A stretch of DNA of 64,000 nucleotides. Origin: an uncultured virus (IMG/VR IMGVR_UViG_3300030202_003277). Lineage: Duplodnaviria > Heunggongvirae > Uroviricota > Caudoviricetes. The notes beneath the pieces were generated by a model. That model was not told the origin of the DNA and ran no database searches. It worked only from the letters and a program-made list of their open reading frames with translations. Positions within the stretch are counted from its first letter, which is position 1, and each line of letters starts with the position of its first letter. Made by a program: the position numbers and the translations under genes. This document shows positions 9,064-18,869 of the stretch, one piece after another. The stretch is from the IMG/VR virus record IMGVR_UViG_3300030202_003277. One strand, given 5' to 3'.

Positions 9064-9924
9064 TTAAATTGTTCCGAAGTAACAAAAATTATTTACGTAT
9101 TCTTTATCGTAATTATTTAAATTATTTTTATGTACTTCTAATAAATACTCATATTTTTCTCTTCCAGCTTGTAGTGTTTCAGCTGAAACTTCATAAATAC
9201 CTACAGTGTATGGATATGTTTTTTCTACACATATAAACCAAAACTGGTCTAATCCTAAAATATCACAATATAAAGCTGCTTGTCTATCTAAATTGTATTT
9301 TTTTAAATTTCTTAGAAAATTATAAGGATTAGGAGTTTCTTTAAATCCTTTTAAATCAACTATATAATTTCCAATATTAATTGCGTCAACTTTACATTTA
9401 CAATTTATACCATTTAGTTTTTTAAAATATGCTTTTTCTTTTTTTGTGTTGTGTAATAATTGTTTTACTTGAGTAATAGCTTCAAGTTTTTCTTTAATTA
9501 ATGTTAGATGTAAATATAATTCATGACTAATTTCTTGTTTGTTAAGATTTTCGTTTTGAATTTCAATTTTCCATTCTTTATATTTTTTAGTAGCTCTTGG
9601 TTTTGCTCCACCAATTTCTTCTATAATTTCTGTATCATTAATGTACCAAAATCTATTATCAAATTCTTCTGGTTCTAAAATATAACAATGTAAAGCTCTT
9701 CCGTCTATATATGCTTGTTTAACGCTTCTCCAGGCTGGGTATTTTAAATATGCGTCTAAATGTTCAGGTGAATCATTTAAATGCTTTAGCATAGAGTTTG
9801 TAATATAATCTACATCACTAAAATATTTAGTATCATTCCATTCTAATAATCTTTCTTGATTTGGATCATATTTCTTGACTTCATTAATAAAGTCTTTTGC
9901 TTGAGTACTTGGTATTAATCCCAT
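9064..9924 (-). CDS. RecE/exonuclease VIII-like PD-(D/E)XK nuclease
   Basis: ITNSMLK, GRALHCYILEPEEF, CKCKVD, IVDLK, QAALY, VEKTYPY motifs. Confidence 0.8.
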   Translation of the reverse strand: MGLIPSTQAKDFINEVKKYDPNQERLLEWNDTKYFSDVDYITNSMLKHLNDSPEHLDAYLKYPAWRSVKQAYIDGRALHCYILEPEEFDNRFWYINDTEIIEEIGGAKPRATKKYKEWKIEIQNENLNKQEISHELYLHLTLIKEKLEAITQVKQLLHNTKKEKAYFKKLNGINCKCKVDAINIGNYIVDLKGFKETPNPYNFLRNLKKYNLDRQAALYCDILGLDQFWFICVEKTYPYTVGIYEVSAETLQAGREKYEYLLEVHKNNLNNYDKEYVNNFCYFGTI

Positions 9925-10358
9925 TTTCTTTTTTTAATTTTAAAAGGTTTTTCTCTTTGTGGAGGTAATTCCTTTTCATATTCATCTCTTGTCAAAAAGA
10001 AAAAATCTTTATTTCTTTTATTTAAATACTTTACAAATAAATCTATATTAAATTTTCTTTCATTTTTAACTGTAACATATTCTGGAAAAAACGTTAATCT
10101 TTTTTTATCTTCTTCAGATATGTCTACATCTTTTAAAAGGTTCTTAACTGCTACATCTTTACCTTTATAGTCTATTAAAACTTTTTTAGGTGGATTGTGA
10201 GTTATTGTACAATATTTAGAAGATCTAAATAATGCTAACCATTTTTTGATTACAGAGACTTTGTAATTTGTCCAAATTACTCCTTCTTTATCGTAATCAT
10301 CTAATAGAAAAACTTTATTAAGATACTTCGTATTTAAATTGTTTAATAGTTTTGACAT
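9915..10358 (-). CDS. Hypothetical protein
   Basis: 147 aa ORF coupled to its neighbours. Confidence 0.5.
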   Translation of the reverse strand: MSKLLNNLNTKYLNKVFLLDDYDKEGVIWTNYKVSVIKKWLALFRSSKYCTITHNPPKKVLIDYKGKDVAVKNLLKDVDISEEDKKRLTFFPEYVTVKNERKFNIDLFVKYLNKRNKDFFFLTRDEYEKELPPQREKPFKIKKRKWD

Positions 10359-10866
10359 TTTTATATTTCAATTTTCTGGGAGTAAATGATTTATCAGTTA
10401 ATAAATATCTTTCAGGAGTAAATGTTGCGTTAAATACTTTATTAGGTGTTACAATTTGTATGTATTCTTTATACACATTATATACCCATTTTATATTTAA
10501 TGTTGCTAACCTGGTCATATTTTTAAAATCAAAATCTCCTTTAATTTCCCATATTGAACAATTATTAAAAGCAAGAAACAGCGAAGTAATTTTATTTCCT
10601 TCATCAATATTTTGATAAAATAGATTTTTAGCACTTTCATTCCACCAAACATGAACATCAGGAGTATATGAATGAGGATGTAAAACTGTGCTTTCCATTT
10701 TTTTATCTTCTACACGTTTCATTGGTTTAATCCAAGTATATGTTACTTTATTAGATAAACTATAAGATTTGTAATGAAATTCATATTTATCTACATATCC
10801 ATTATTAACTAATGTTTGTAAATACCAATCCATATATTTTTCTTCGTTACTATCGAAATTGTTCAT
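10318..10866 (-). CDS. PD-(D/E)XK endonuclease (resolvase-like)
   Basis: FDSNEE, YTPD, WEIKG motifs. Confidence 0.65.
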   Translation of the reverse strand: MNNFDSNEEKYMDWYLQTLVNNGYVDKYEFHYKSYSLSNKVTYTWIKPMKRVEDKKMESTVLHPHSYTPDVHVWWNESAKNLFYQNIDEGNKITSLFLAFNNCSIWEIKGDFDFKNMTRLATLNIKWVYNVYKEYIQIVTPNKVFNATFTPERYLLTDKSFTPRKLKYKNVKTIKQFKYEVS

Positions 10867-10953
10867 ATAACTTGTTTATTTTTTCTTCAAAATCTATGAA
10901 GAGCCAGTCTAATTTAAGCTCCAGCTCTTCATATAATCCTTCTAACATTTCAT

Positions 10954-11223
10954 TCATTTATTATAACTTTTATAAAATTCAACTAATGCTAAATGTTTCT
11001 TTTTAACTTGATTATTAAATTCTTTTGATTTTTCAGCTTTATTATGACAATTGCGACATAATCCAGCTAAATTTTCAATATAATCTTTAGTCTTACTTCC
11101 ACCCATTCCTCGAGCTTCAATATGATGTACATCTACAGCTTTAGAACCACACATTTCACAAGGGTGAAAATCTTGTTCTCCTATGCTGAAAAATTTAGTA
11201 TATATTTTAGTGTGTTTCTTCAT
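10954..11223 (-). CDS. HNH endonuclease
   Basis: CEMCG..DVHHI..GG..ENLAGLCRNCH. Confidence 0.85.
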   Translation of the reverse strand: MKKHTKIYTKFFSIGEQDFHPCEMCGSKAVDVHHIEARGMGGSKTKDYIENLAGLCRNCHNKAEKSKEFNNQVKKKHLALVEFYKSYNK

Positions 11224-11578
11224 CGTCTTCAATAGATTTTTTAATAGCAATAATTATTAATGATACCATAATAATAGTAAAACCCATATATATTATTGCT
11301 TCAACTAATTCAATCATTTTTCTTCTGTAGAAAACATATTTATTAATGTGTTTTTAATAAAAAACAATAAAATTCTTAATCCCCATCCTATTACTAAATA
11401 AATGGAAATAAATAATGCTGTTATAAATCCTAAAAATTTATATATCATGATTAAGTGCTAAATATTTTAAAACCATTAGTTCTGTTACTTGATTTGGTTT
11501 TATATTATAAAATCTTGATGTTTCATGGAACCATCTGTTTATTTTGTTTTGTAAGTTTATTATTTTACTTGCCGCCAT
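11207..11578 (-). CDS. Three coupled tiny ORFs (11207-11317, 11314-11448, 11438-11578), two of them hydrophobic
   Basis: MIELVEAIIYMGFTIIMV.., MIYKFLGFITALLFPF.., MAASKIINLQNK..; overlapping start/stop codons. Confidence 0.45.
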
Positions 11579-11590
11579 CTTTTTTTAGTT

Positions 11591-12427
11591 TTAAAAAATG
11601 TATCTAATTGTATCTAATGAAAAAAACTTTTCATATTCATATTTAAATTGTTTAATCCAAACGTTTTTCCATTTTATAGGATATCTCATAACACCAGATT
11701 TATTTTTTATTTCAGAAGAATATTTCATTAATTCTTTTGCTTCTGGTAATGCTTTATCCATTTGGAATTTATGATTAGTTAAAGCTATAATTTCACATTT
11801 TATAGTGCCTACTATTTCTTTAATTGATTTAAATAAATTAACATATTCTTCTCTCCATCCTTCTACAAAAATTAAAGGACTATAATTTATATGTACTTCC
11901 CAACCTAAATCTTTTAATCTATTTATGTCATGTATTCTGCTTTCAATACTTTGCATTTTAGGTTCAAGTATATTAGAAAACTTTTGAGGCATTAAACTTA
12001 CTCTTACTCTTGGAGCTTTATAAAAATGCGTAACATCTAAATTTAATAAACCTGGGTATTTTGTAGCCATAGTTGTATTAAGATTAGTGTGGTTATCATA
12101 TCTTTTAAGATAATCTATTAATGGTTCTGGAGTATGTTTTTGCATTAATACTAAATCTGTATTGCAAGCTATATCTACCATAGTATATATAGGGTCTTGT
12201 TGATCAGGTTTTTTATTATATGTTTTTTCCCATTCAACAACAGATTGAAATATATCTTCTACATTTTCATTTACAAATACTCTATGACCATTATATCTTG
12301 ACATATAACAATATGTATCTATGCAATTTCCAAAACATCCATATATTAAATTTGGAGCTATACAATTTGCACTATTATTATTAGGTTTAGTTTCTAATGT
12401 TTTAGTTTTTTGTTTTTTTAAATTCAT
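11591..12427 (-). CDS. Spore photoproduct lyase-like radical SAM protein
   Basis: YGCFGNCIDTYCYM Cys cluster; ATK, RVRVSLMPQ, LEP..SIESRIHDIN..GWEVHINYSP, GVMRY motifs. Confidence 0.75.
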   Translation of the reverse strand: MNLKKQKTKTLETKPNNNSANCIAPNLIYGCFGNCIDTYCYMSRYNGHRVFVNENVEDIFQSVVEWEKTYNKKPDQQDPIYTMVDIACNTDLVLMQKHTPEPLIDYLKRYDNHTNLNTTMATKYPGLLNLDVTHFYKAPRVRVSLMPQKFSNILEPKMQSIESRIHDINRLKDLGWEVHINYSPLIFVEGWREEYVNLFKSIKEIVGTIKCEIIALTNHKFQMDKALPEAKELMKYSSEIKNKSGVMRYPIKWKNVWIKQFKYEYEKFFSLDTIRYIF

Positions 12428-12428
12428 T

Positions 12429-12872
12429 TTAAATTCCAATTTGATTAATAAAATTTTCTTCATTGGGATCTGGAATGTCAATTCCTCTAACAGCCCAATG
12501 ATTTTGAATTGTTTGTTTAAAATCATTAAATTGTATAGTGTTCATAGATTTTGTAGATACATCATTAAAAATTAAAATTTCTTTACCTAACACATTTAAA
12601 GTGTTAAACTTAGAAGCAATAACGACAGATTTATGATATGAGTGAATTTCTTCTTTAGTAAATAATTCACCTTGTATATTGTATAAATCTTCAGTAATTT
12701 TTTTTAAAGCAACTCCCCAATACCATCTGTTTTGAGCATTAGAACGATTTTTTTTATGTTTCTTAATGTTTATAACAACATCTTTACCTTCTATTGATGA
12801 AATAAAAGATTTTACTTTTTCTTCATTTAAGAAAGTCAATTTTCCTTTTTCTATTTTAGATATAAATTCCAT
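12429..12872 (-). CDS. NinB-like recombination protein
   Basis: RSNAQNRWYWG and STKSMNTIQFNDF motifs. Confidence 0.7.
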   Translation of the reverse strand: MEFISKIEKGKLTFLNEEKVKSFISSIEGKDVVINIKKHKKNRSNAQNRWYWGVALKKITEDLYNIQGELFTKEEIHSYHKSVVIASKFNTLNVLGKEILIFNDVSTKSMNTIQFNDFKQTIQNHWAVRGIDIPDPNEENFINQIGI

Positions 12873-12885
12873 AATATTAAATAAC

Positions 12886-12907
12886 AAAGGACACCGAAGT
12901 GCCCTTT
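12886..12907 (-). repeat. Early-gene hairpin element
   Basis: AAAGGGCAC-TTCG-GTGTCCTTT upstream of ATG 12872. Confidence 0.7.
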
Positions 12908-12914
12908 ATTAATC

Positions 12915-13550
12915 TTAAAATGGTAAATCATCGCCTTTTTCATCACCTAAAGAATCATCAGACATACCCTTATCAACAACTGGCTCTGCCTTGGGGGCAG
13001 CCGTTGTTGATTGTTTATGTTCTGATTCCCATTCTGCTAATCGAAGATTAAATTTCTCCATATCAGTAGGTCTTAAAGGAGTGTGAAAATATGATTGTAC
13101 ACCTTTTATTGTTTCTTCTGGCTTAGAAGAAAAACTATATTCAATTATTTCTTTTATAACAGGTTTGTTAAAATTGTTTTTGTCTTTACCTATATATTCA
13201 GATTTTTTAAATAAAGCTTTTATTTTACTTCCAATAATAGAATTTAAATACTCACCACCTTTTAAATTATCATCAGCATTAGCATTTGACAAAAACTCTT
13301 TAAGTCTTTTTAATTTAAATTCTCTGGCTTTTTCAGATTCTTTTCCTGTTAATAAATAAAAAGTAACATTACTTGTTTTTTGATCTTCAGTTTCTACTGC
13401 AAATTCAATATAAGGATTACCCTTATAATCTTTTCTACTTTCAGAAAGAAGATATGATTTAATCTTAACTATAAATACTCCAGGCTCATTTATAAATTTG
13501 CTTGAATTATCAAAGTCTTTTACGAGCTCTAACTCTGCGTTTATATCCAT
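12915..13550 (-). CDS. Single-stranded DNA-binding protein (DUF669-like)
   Basis: Follows the Sak4-like ATPase; acidic tail ending DDLPF. Confidence 0.7.
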   Translation of the reverse strand: MDINAELELVKDFDNSSKFINEPGVFIVKIKSYLLSESRKDYKGNPYIEFAVETEDQKTSNVTFYLLTGKESEKAREFKLKRLKEFLSNANADDNLKGGEYLNSIIGSKIKALFKKSEYIGKDKNNFNKPVIKEIIEYSFSSKPEETIKGVQSYFHTPLRPTDMEKFNLRLAEWESEHKQSTTAAPKAEPVVDKGMSDDSLGDEKGDDLPF

Positions 13551-14227
13551 TATTTATCGGTTTTTTTGATTTCTGTTTTTTTATCCCAACCATAATATTT
13601 ATCAACTTCATCTAATATTACTTTAATGTCATTATCCATAATTGGAGGTAACATTTCCATTGGTGATTTAGCTGATATTCTATTATATCCAGGTTGTTTA
13701 TTTGTTATAAATCTATATTCTTGCTTATCGTTTATTTCTTTAGCTTCAGAATAAATTACTATTACAAATTCTTTTTCAACTTTTTTCTTCCAACTACCAT
13801 CTACAGCTATAAATCTTTCTTCGACTCCAGAATCTCCTTCAACGAATTGATCTATACCTATAAAAATTATGTATTTATCTGTATTCTTAGACATTTCCAT
13901 AATTTTCTTGATTTCATTCTTATAATAATCCCATACATCAAAACCATCGTATAATGATTTTGCTTTCATGTATATTGTTTCTATTAAAGAAGTAAAACTT
14001 TCAATTACTATTATATCTACATTAGGATTTTCAATTGCTTTAGATAAAGCTGTTTTAAATAATTGAAGAGAATTAATTGGTACATTAAGTTTAAATTCTA
14101 TTCCTTTTCTAAAAGGAAGAGCTTTTTGTTCAGTATTTAATATTACTGTTCTTTCAGGTGGTAAGTTACGCATTGACGTACTTTTACCTGTCCCTGATGG
14201 GCCACATATAAAAATATTCGGTTTCAT
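13550..14227 (-). CDS. Sak4-like AAA ATPase recombinase
   Basis: Walker A GPSGTGKST, IIVIES, SAKSPMEM. Confidence 0.8.
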   Translation of the reverse strand: MKPNIFICGPSGTGKSTSMRNLPPERTVILNTEQKALPFRKGIEFKLNVPINSLQLFKTALSKAIENPNVDIIVIESFTSLIETIYMKAKSLYDGFDVWDYYKNEIKKIMEMSKNTDKYIIFIGIDQFVEGDSGVEERFIAVDGSWKKKVEKEFVIVIYSEAKEINDKQEYRFITNKQPGYNRISAKSPMEMLPPIMDNDIKVILDEVDKYYGWDKKTEIKKTDK

Positions 14228-14488
14228 TTAGTTTTTAAAAATTAGAATTACTAATTCATTTTCTAATACATTTTCGTATTCTTTTTCTATCTTAGGGACT
14301 GGTTGAATTTCTTTTTTCCCTATGTTAATCAATTCGCCAAATTTAGATTTGCATCTATGCATAGTTGTTACTTCAACTAATCTTTGTATTAATAAAAAAT
14401 CTTGCATTTTAGCATTTTCATTTAAGCGAACATTAACTTCTTTCAAGTATTCATCTTGATTAATTTTATATTTTAATACTTTTTTCAA
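14228..14488 (-). CDS. Hypothetical protein
   Basis: 86 aa ORF. Confidence 0.4.
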   Translation of the reverse strand: MKKVLKYKINQDEYLKEVNVRLNENAKMQDFLLIQRLVEVTTMHRCKSKFGELINIGKKEIQPVPKIEKEYENVLENELVILIFKN

Positions 14489-14537
14489 AGTTGATATTTA
14501 CTGATTAAATTTAAAGATATACTTTAAGAAAAGCAAA

Positions 14538-14786
14538 TTATTTGTATCTTTTTTGATGTTTTCTTTTTCTTAAATTTATATCATTTCCTTCTTTCTGAAT
14601 TTTGTTTTTATAGCGTTTAAGCATTTTAATTTTGAAATATCCCTTAAGATTAATTTCTTCATTTTTTTGCAAAGCTTGTCTTACGCTATTAAAAAAATGA
14701 ATAACTACAATATTTACCACAGCACCGTCAATCCCTAATTTTTTAGAAATCTCGGTTATAATTTTCGAATGCTTGTAATTTTTCAT
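14538..14786 (-). CDS. HU/IHF-like DNA-binding protein
   Basis: IITEISKKLGI..FFNSVRQALQKNEEINLKGYFKIK. Confidence 0.7.
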   Translation of the reverse strand: MKNYKHSKIITEISKKLGIDGAVVNIVVIHFFNSVRQALQKNEEINLKGYFKIKMLKRYKNKIQKEGNDINLRKRKHQKRYK

Positions 14787-16140
14787 TTTCTAAAAATTCT
14801 ACTTCAGAAGCAAATTTGGCAAATTTTCCTATATATTTTAAGTTTTCACTTCCAATACCGGTTGATCTACCTTTTGCTATTATTATTTCTACGTTTTCAA
14901 TTTCAGGTATTCTTTCTTCAATATCATAATAAGCTGGTCTATAAACAAACATTACCATATCAGCATCTTGCTCAATAGCACCTGATTCTCTTAAATCAGA
15001 TAATATTGGTTTTTTACTTGCTCTCTGTGATACAGCTCTGCTAATTTGAGACAAAGCTATAATAACTAATTTTAGTTCTCTACATAGCTGTTTAAATGCT
15101 CTTGATATTTTAGATATTTCCTGTTCTCTTGTTCCAGATTTACTTTTTAAATTAATAGTTACTAATTGTAAATAATCTACAACAAAAAATTTACAATTAT
15201 TTTTAATATTTAATTTTCTGATTTTATTACATATGTGATTTAAATCGCCAGATTTATCGTCAATAAAATAATTTTCATTTTCAAAATATTTGGCAGAATC
15301 ATAAAATGCATTCCAATCTGTTGAGGTTAATTGTTTTTTTCTAATCTTTCCTAAATCTATACAACCATGAGATGCAATCATTCTTGTTAACATTTGCTCT
15401 TTAGACATTTCTAAAGAAAAAACAGCTACAGGTAAGTTTCTAATAATGTGATTTTTAACAATTTCTAATACAAATGCTGTTTTACCCATAGAGGCAGCTC
15501 CAGCTATTATAATTAAATCTGATAATTCCCATCCAAATATAAAATTGTCAATTTCTTGAATAAATGTTTTAATATAATTTTTGCCCTCTTTATCTGACAT
15601 ATTATCAATAACTCCTTGTAAAGTTTTGATAGGATTATATTCTTCAACATCTGCATATTCTTGTAATTCAACAATTTTATCTGTTATTTTAGCTATTATA
15701 TCATCTGGACTAACCATATCATTAGAATCTTTATTAATCTCATTTGATAGAGTTAATAATTCTCTTCTGGTTGAATAAGCCATTAATAATTTAATATGCT
15801 GTTTTATATGAGCATCAGATGAAACTCTATCTGCTATATCGTTAATGTAATCTATTAATGTATAACCTGTTTTTTCAATAATTCTTGCATTATAACCTTT
15901 TGAAGTTACTTTATCTGTTACAGTTATAATATCTATTTTGGAATCTTCTGCACATTCTTTGATTGCTGTAAATACGTATCTTGATGATTCTGTAGAAAAA
16001 CCTTTAATATTAACCTGGTCTGCAAATTCATAATATCTGTCAGGATAGTTAATAAAAGTTCCTAATACAACTTCTTCTAAATCGCTATTATTTTGTCCAA
16101 AAAATGTACCTTCTTGTAAAAATGTTAGTTGGTCTGTCAT
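14743..16140 (-). CDS. dnaB: Replicative DNA helicase
   Basis: GAASMGKT, FSLEMS, VDYLQL, ALSQISR, DLRESGAIEQDAD. Confidence 0.95.
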   Translation of the reverse strand: MTDQLTFLQEGTFFGQNNSDLEEVVLGTFINYPDRYYEFADQVNIKGFSTESSRYVFTAIKECAEDSKIDIITVTDKVTSKGYNARIIEKTGYTLIDYINDIADRVSSDAHIKQHIKLLMAYSTRRELLTLSNEINKDSNDMVSPDDIIAKITDKIVELQEYADVEEYNPIKTLQGVIDNMSDKEGKNYIKTFIQEIDNFIFGWELSDLIIIAGAASMGKTAFVLEIVKNHIIRNLPVAVFSLEMSKEQMLTRMIASHGCIDLGKIRKKQLTSTDWNAFYDSAKYFENENYFIDDKSGDLNHICNKIRKLNIKNNCKFFVVDYLQLVTINLKSKSGTREQEISKISRAFKQLCRELKLVIIALSQISRAVSQRASKKPILSDLRESGAIEQDADMVMFVYRPAYYDIEERIPEIENVEIIIAKGRSTGIGSENLKYIGKFAKFASEVEFLENEKLQAFENYNRDF

Positions 16141-16153
16141 ATAATTTATAATT

Positions 16154-16183
16154 TCAAGGCACACCAAAGAAGGTGTACCTTGA
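16154..16183 (-). repeat. Early-gene hairpin element
   Basis: TCAAGGTACACC-TTCTTT-GGTGTGCCTTGA before dnaB. Confidence 0.7.
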
Positions 16184-16188
16184 TTAAT

Positions 16189-16623
16189 TTAGAAATCTTT
16201 AAAAATTTCATTTAATTTTTCATCAGTAAAAAATCCTTGATCTTCTGCTAATTCAGATACTTTTAAATTATCATAAAAGTCTTTAAGAACAAAAGTGTCA
16301 AGTTTTTGAGTTATAGCTTGATAACAAGATAAATGCAAAGCTTTAATAGGAAATTTCCTATCATAGTATTCAGTTACTGCTTGTTGTCTTTCTATATCTA
16401 TATTACTTGGTGAATCTTTGTATATCTTAGATATAATCTTAGGATCTCCTTTATATTTTGCTAAAATAAAAATATCTTTTCCTTTGATATTTCCATAACC
16501 ATCATAAGAAGGGTCTATTATTATATCATTTTCTGTAACTAATACAATTCCATTATCATATTGAGTATACGCATTTTTAATGCTCTCATTACAACAAGAG
16601 CAATCCCAACTAAAGAATCCCAT
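16189..16623 (-). CDS. Hypothetical phage protein
   Basis: MGFFSWDCSCC..YDGYG. Confidence 0.5.
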   Translation of the reverse strand: MGFFSWDCSCCNESIKNAYTQYDNGIVLVTENDIIIDPSYDGYGNIKGKDIFILAKYKGDPKIISKIYKDSPSNIDIERQQAVTEYYDRKFPIKALHLSCYQAITQKLDTFVLKDFYDNLKVSELAEDQGFFTDEKLNEIFKDF

Positions 16624-16952
16624 TATTCATCTTCTTTAAAAAAACTTTCAACTTTAGATAGTAAAGATTTTGCTATTCTTTCTTTACCTTTTTGCTCAAC
16701 TCTATGAGAAATCATTGCTTTAATAAACAATTTTAAACTTACTGTATTTGGACTACCATATTGTTTTTCAGTTGCATATTTTTCAAATATTTCAATAACG
16801 TCTGATTTATTAAAATTAACACAAGAAGCATCATATCCTTGAAATTTTGTTTTTTTCTTTTCTATTTTATCTTTGATTAATAGAGCAAGTTCTTCAACTT
16901 CTACATCATAAAGGTTATTTACTTTTTTTTCTAAAACTTTTTCAATTTTCAT
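16623..16952 (-). CDS. Hypothetical protein
   Basis: 109 aa coupled ORF. Confidence 0.5.
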   Translation of the reverse strand: MKIEKVLEKKVNNLYDVEVEELALLIKDKIEKKKTKFQGYDASCVNFNKSDVIEIFEKYATEKQYGSPNTVSLKLFIKAMISHRVEQKGKERIAKSLLSKVESFFKEDE

Positions 16953-18055
16953 ATTTTAGTTATTAATTTACCTGCGATATCTTCTATATCTCTTTTTCTT
17001 CGTGTATTTCCAGTTTGAACACCTACTTGAGTCATTGCTTGAGTAAGTTTCCAAATAGTATTTCTACCTTGTACACCATGTTCTGGGTTATTATCAGATA
17101 AGATATCAGTTAATGATTTAACTTCTTCTTTTCTCATACCTAATTTTGGAAGTAATTTAACTTCGTGATCTAAATTAATTAGCTTAGAACCGGCTTTCTC
17201 AATGTTTTGAATTTCATTAAATAAATAACTACTATCAAAAGCACTTTTTACAATATCTCTAACTAAAGAAGCTTGAGTTTCGGTATCTAATTTATATGTT
17301 TCATTACTTAAAATTAAATTATCTGGTAACTTTTTACCTAAATGAACTTGTCTAATTAAATTTTCTCTTGTCATTCCATTTAAACAAACTACTTGCATAG
17401 AATATGATTGAACTCTTAATGCTCCATCTCCATAATCAGAGTTAGAAATTCTAAGTCCAAATACCATATATGTTGTACCATTGTATTGTGTTTGTACAGG
17501 CACTACTTGAGGTAATATAAATTCTATATAAGTTCTTGTAGGGTCATAACAACAATCTAATAATTTTGCTCCTTGATCTACACAGGCGTTAAAAAATTCA
17601 GCATAAATTTCAGCTGTATTTAATCTTCTATATTTATCAGACAAAACACCTTTAACTTCTCCATTTAGTTCTCTTAAAAGATATCTTTTGCTTTCATTAT
17701 TAGTTGAGTGTTCATTTAATAATTTACTTGCTAAATCTCTTTCCCATTGCTCTTTACCAGTAGCTAAATTTTTCAAATAGGTTGTAGGTATTCCAAATTT
17801 ATCTGCAAATTGTCCAATTGCATGTCTATGAATATTCTTTTCAGCATTTTCAAATTGCATTTTTACTACACCATTTGAATTAAAATTAATTATAGGTGAA
17901 TCTTTACCAATAGGAACAACATAATCTATAATGTTATTACTTTCGTCTTGAATTTTTTGAATAATTGGCATTTTATCAGATGCATTACTCAATTTTCTTG
18001 TTATTTTTTCTTGAAGTATAGACTTCTCTGTTGGGTCAATTGTTTGTATTTCCAT
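16949..18055 (-). CDS. DUF932 family protein
   Basis: VLSDKYRRLN, ISNSDYGDGALRV, VVCLNGM motifs. Confidence 0.75.
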   Translation of the reverse strand: MEIQTIDPTEKSILQEKITRKLSNASDKMPIIQKIQDESNNIIDYVVPIGKDSPIINFNSNGVVKMQFENAEKNIHRHAIGQFADKFGIPTTYLKNLATGKEQWERDLASKLLNEHSTNNESKRYLLRELNGEVKGVLSDKYRRLNTAEIYAEFFNACVDQGAKLLDCCYDPTRTYIEFILPQVVPVQTQYNGTTYMVFGLRISNSDYGDGALRVQSYSMQVVCLNGMTRENLIRQVHLGKKLPDNLILSNETYKLDTETQASLVRDIVKSAFDSSYLFNEIQNIEKAGSKLINLDHEVKLLPKLGMRKEEVKSLTDILSDNNPEHGVQGRNTIWKLTQAMTQVGVQTGNTRRKRDIEDIAGKLITKI

Positions 18056-18073
18056 ATATATATATTTTAAAAC

Positions 18074-18101
18074 AAAGGACACCAAAGATTTGGTGCCCTT
18101 T
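18074..18101 (-). repeat. Early-gene hairpin element
   Basis: AAAGGGCACCAAA-TC-TTTGGTGTCCTTT. Confidence 0.7.
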
Positions 18102-18104
18102 TAT

Positions 18105-18869
18105 TTATAATTTAATTGGATTTACTATCATTTTATCTAAATTCATAAAAATTCCATTTTGTGAAGTTCTATATTGTCTAAATAATTTCCATAGTAAATT
18201 CATACCAAATTCTGCTAATGTTGAATTAACTAATAAATCTTGTCGATTTAAAGCTTCTAATGTACTACAGCTGGGTGTATCATCATTTTCAATTAATTTA
18301 CCTAACGTTTTTTCCATTTCAATAATAGTTGGCATTGTAATACATTTAGCACCTTTAGGTTGATTAATATGACCCATTGTACCTAATATTGCTTGACCGT
18401 AATTATTTCCATTTCCAAAATCTAACCAATAATAACAAGTATTATATGGTTGTTCTGTTCTTAATTTAGTTTTAACTTTTTGAATGTCTCTTCTAATTTG
18501 AACATTATCAACACAAGTAATAATTATATTATATTGTATTCGTGGGTTTTCAAAATCAATTTCAAATTTCTCACTATAACTATCCCAATTTGTACTATAG
18601 AATCTGTTAATTCTTTCTATTGTTACGTCTGATTTATTTCTCCCTAAATCCACTTCTGAAAATAATTGTCTGCCAATATTTGCTTGTGAAACTTCTTCAG
18701 GATCATAACATCTTACAAAAAAACCTGGATGTCCTAAACCTATTAATCCAGCATTCATTCTTCCTAATATAGCTAAAACTGAACTTCCTGTACCTCCAGC
18801 TCCTATTACTGCAATAGTTACTTTATGTACTGGTGCTATCAGAGATTGCTCCATATAATGATACTTCAT
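18105..18869 (-). CDS. PRTRC system ThiF-family (E1-like) protein
   Basis: GAGGTGS, DPEEVSQANIGRQ, CVDN, YWLDFGN, PSCSTLEAL..QDLLVN. Confidence 0.9.
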   Translation of the reverse strand: MKYHYMEQSLIAPVHKVTIAVIGAGGTGSSVLAILGRMNAGLIGLGHPGFFVRCYDPEEVSQANIGRQLFSEVDLGRNKSDVTIERINRFYSTNWDSYSEKFEIDFENPRIQYNIIITCVDNVQIRRDIQKVKTKLRTEQPYNTCYYWLDFGNGNNYGQAILGTMGHINQPKGAKCITMPTIIEMEKTLGKLIENDDTPSCSTLEALNRQDLLVNSTLAEFGMNLLWKLFRQYRTSQNGIFMNLDKMIVNPIKL

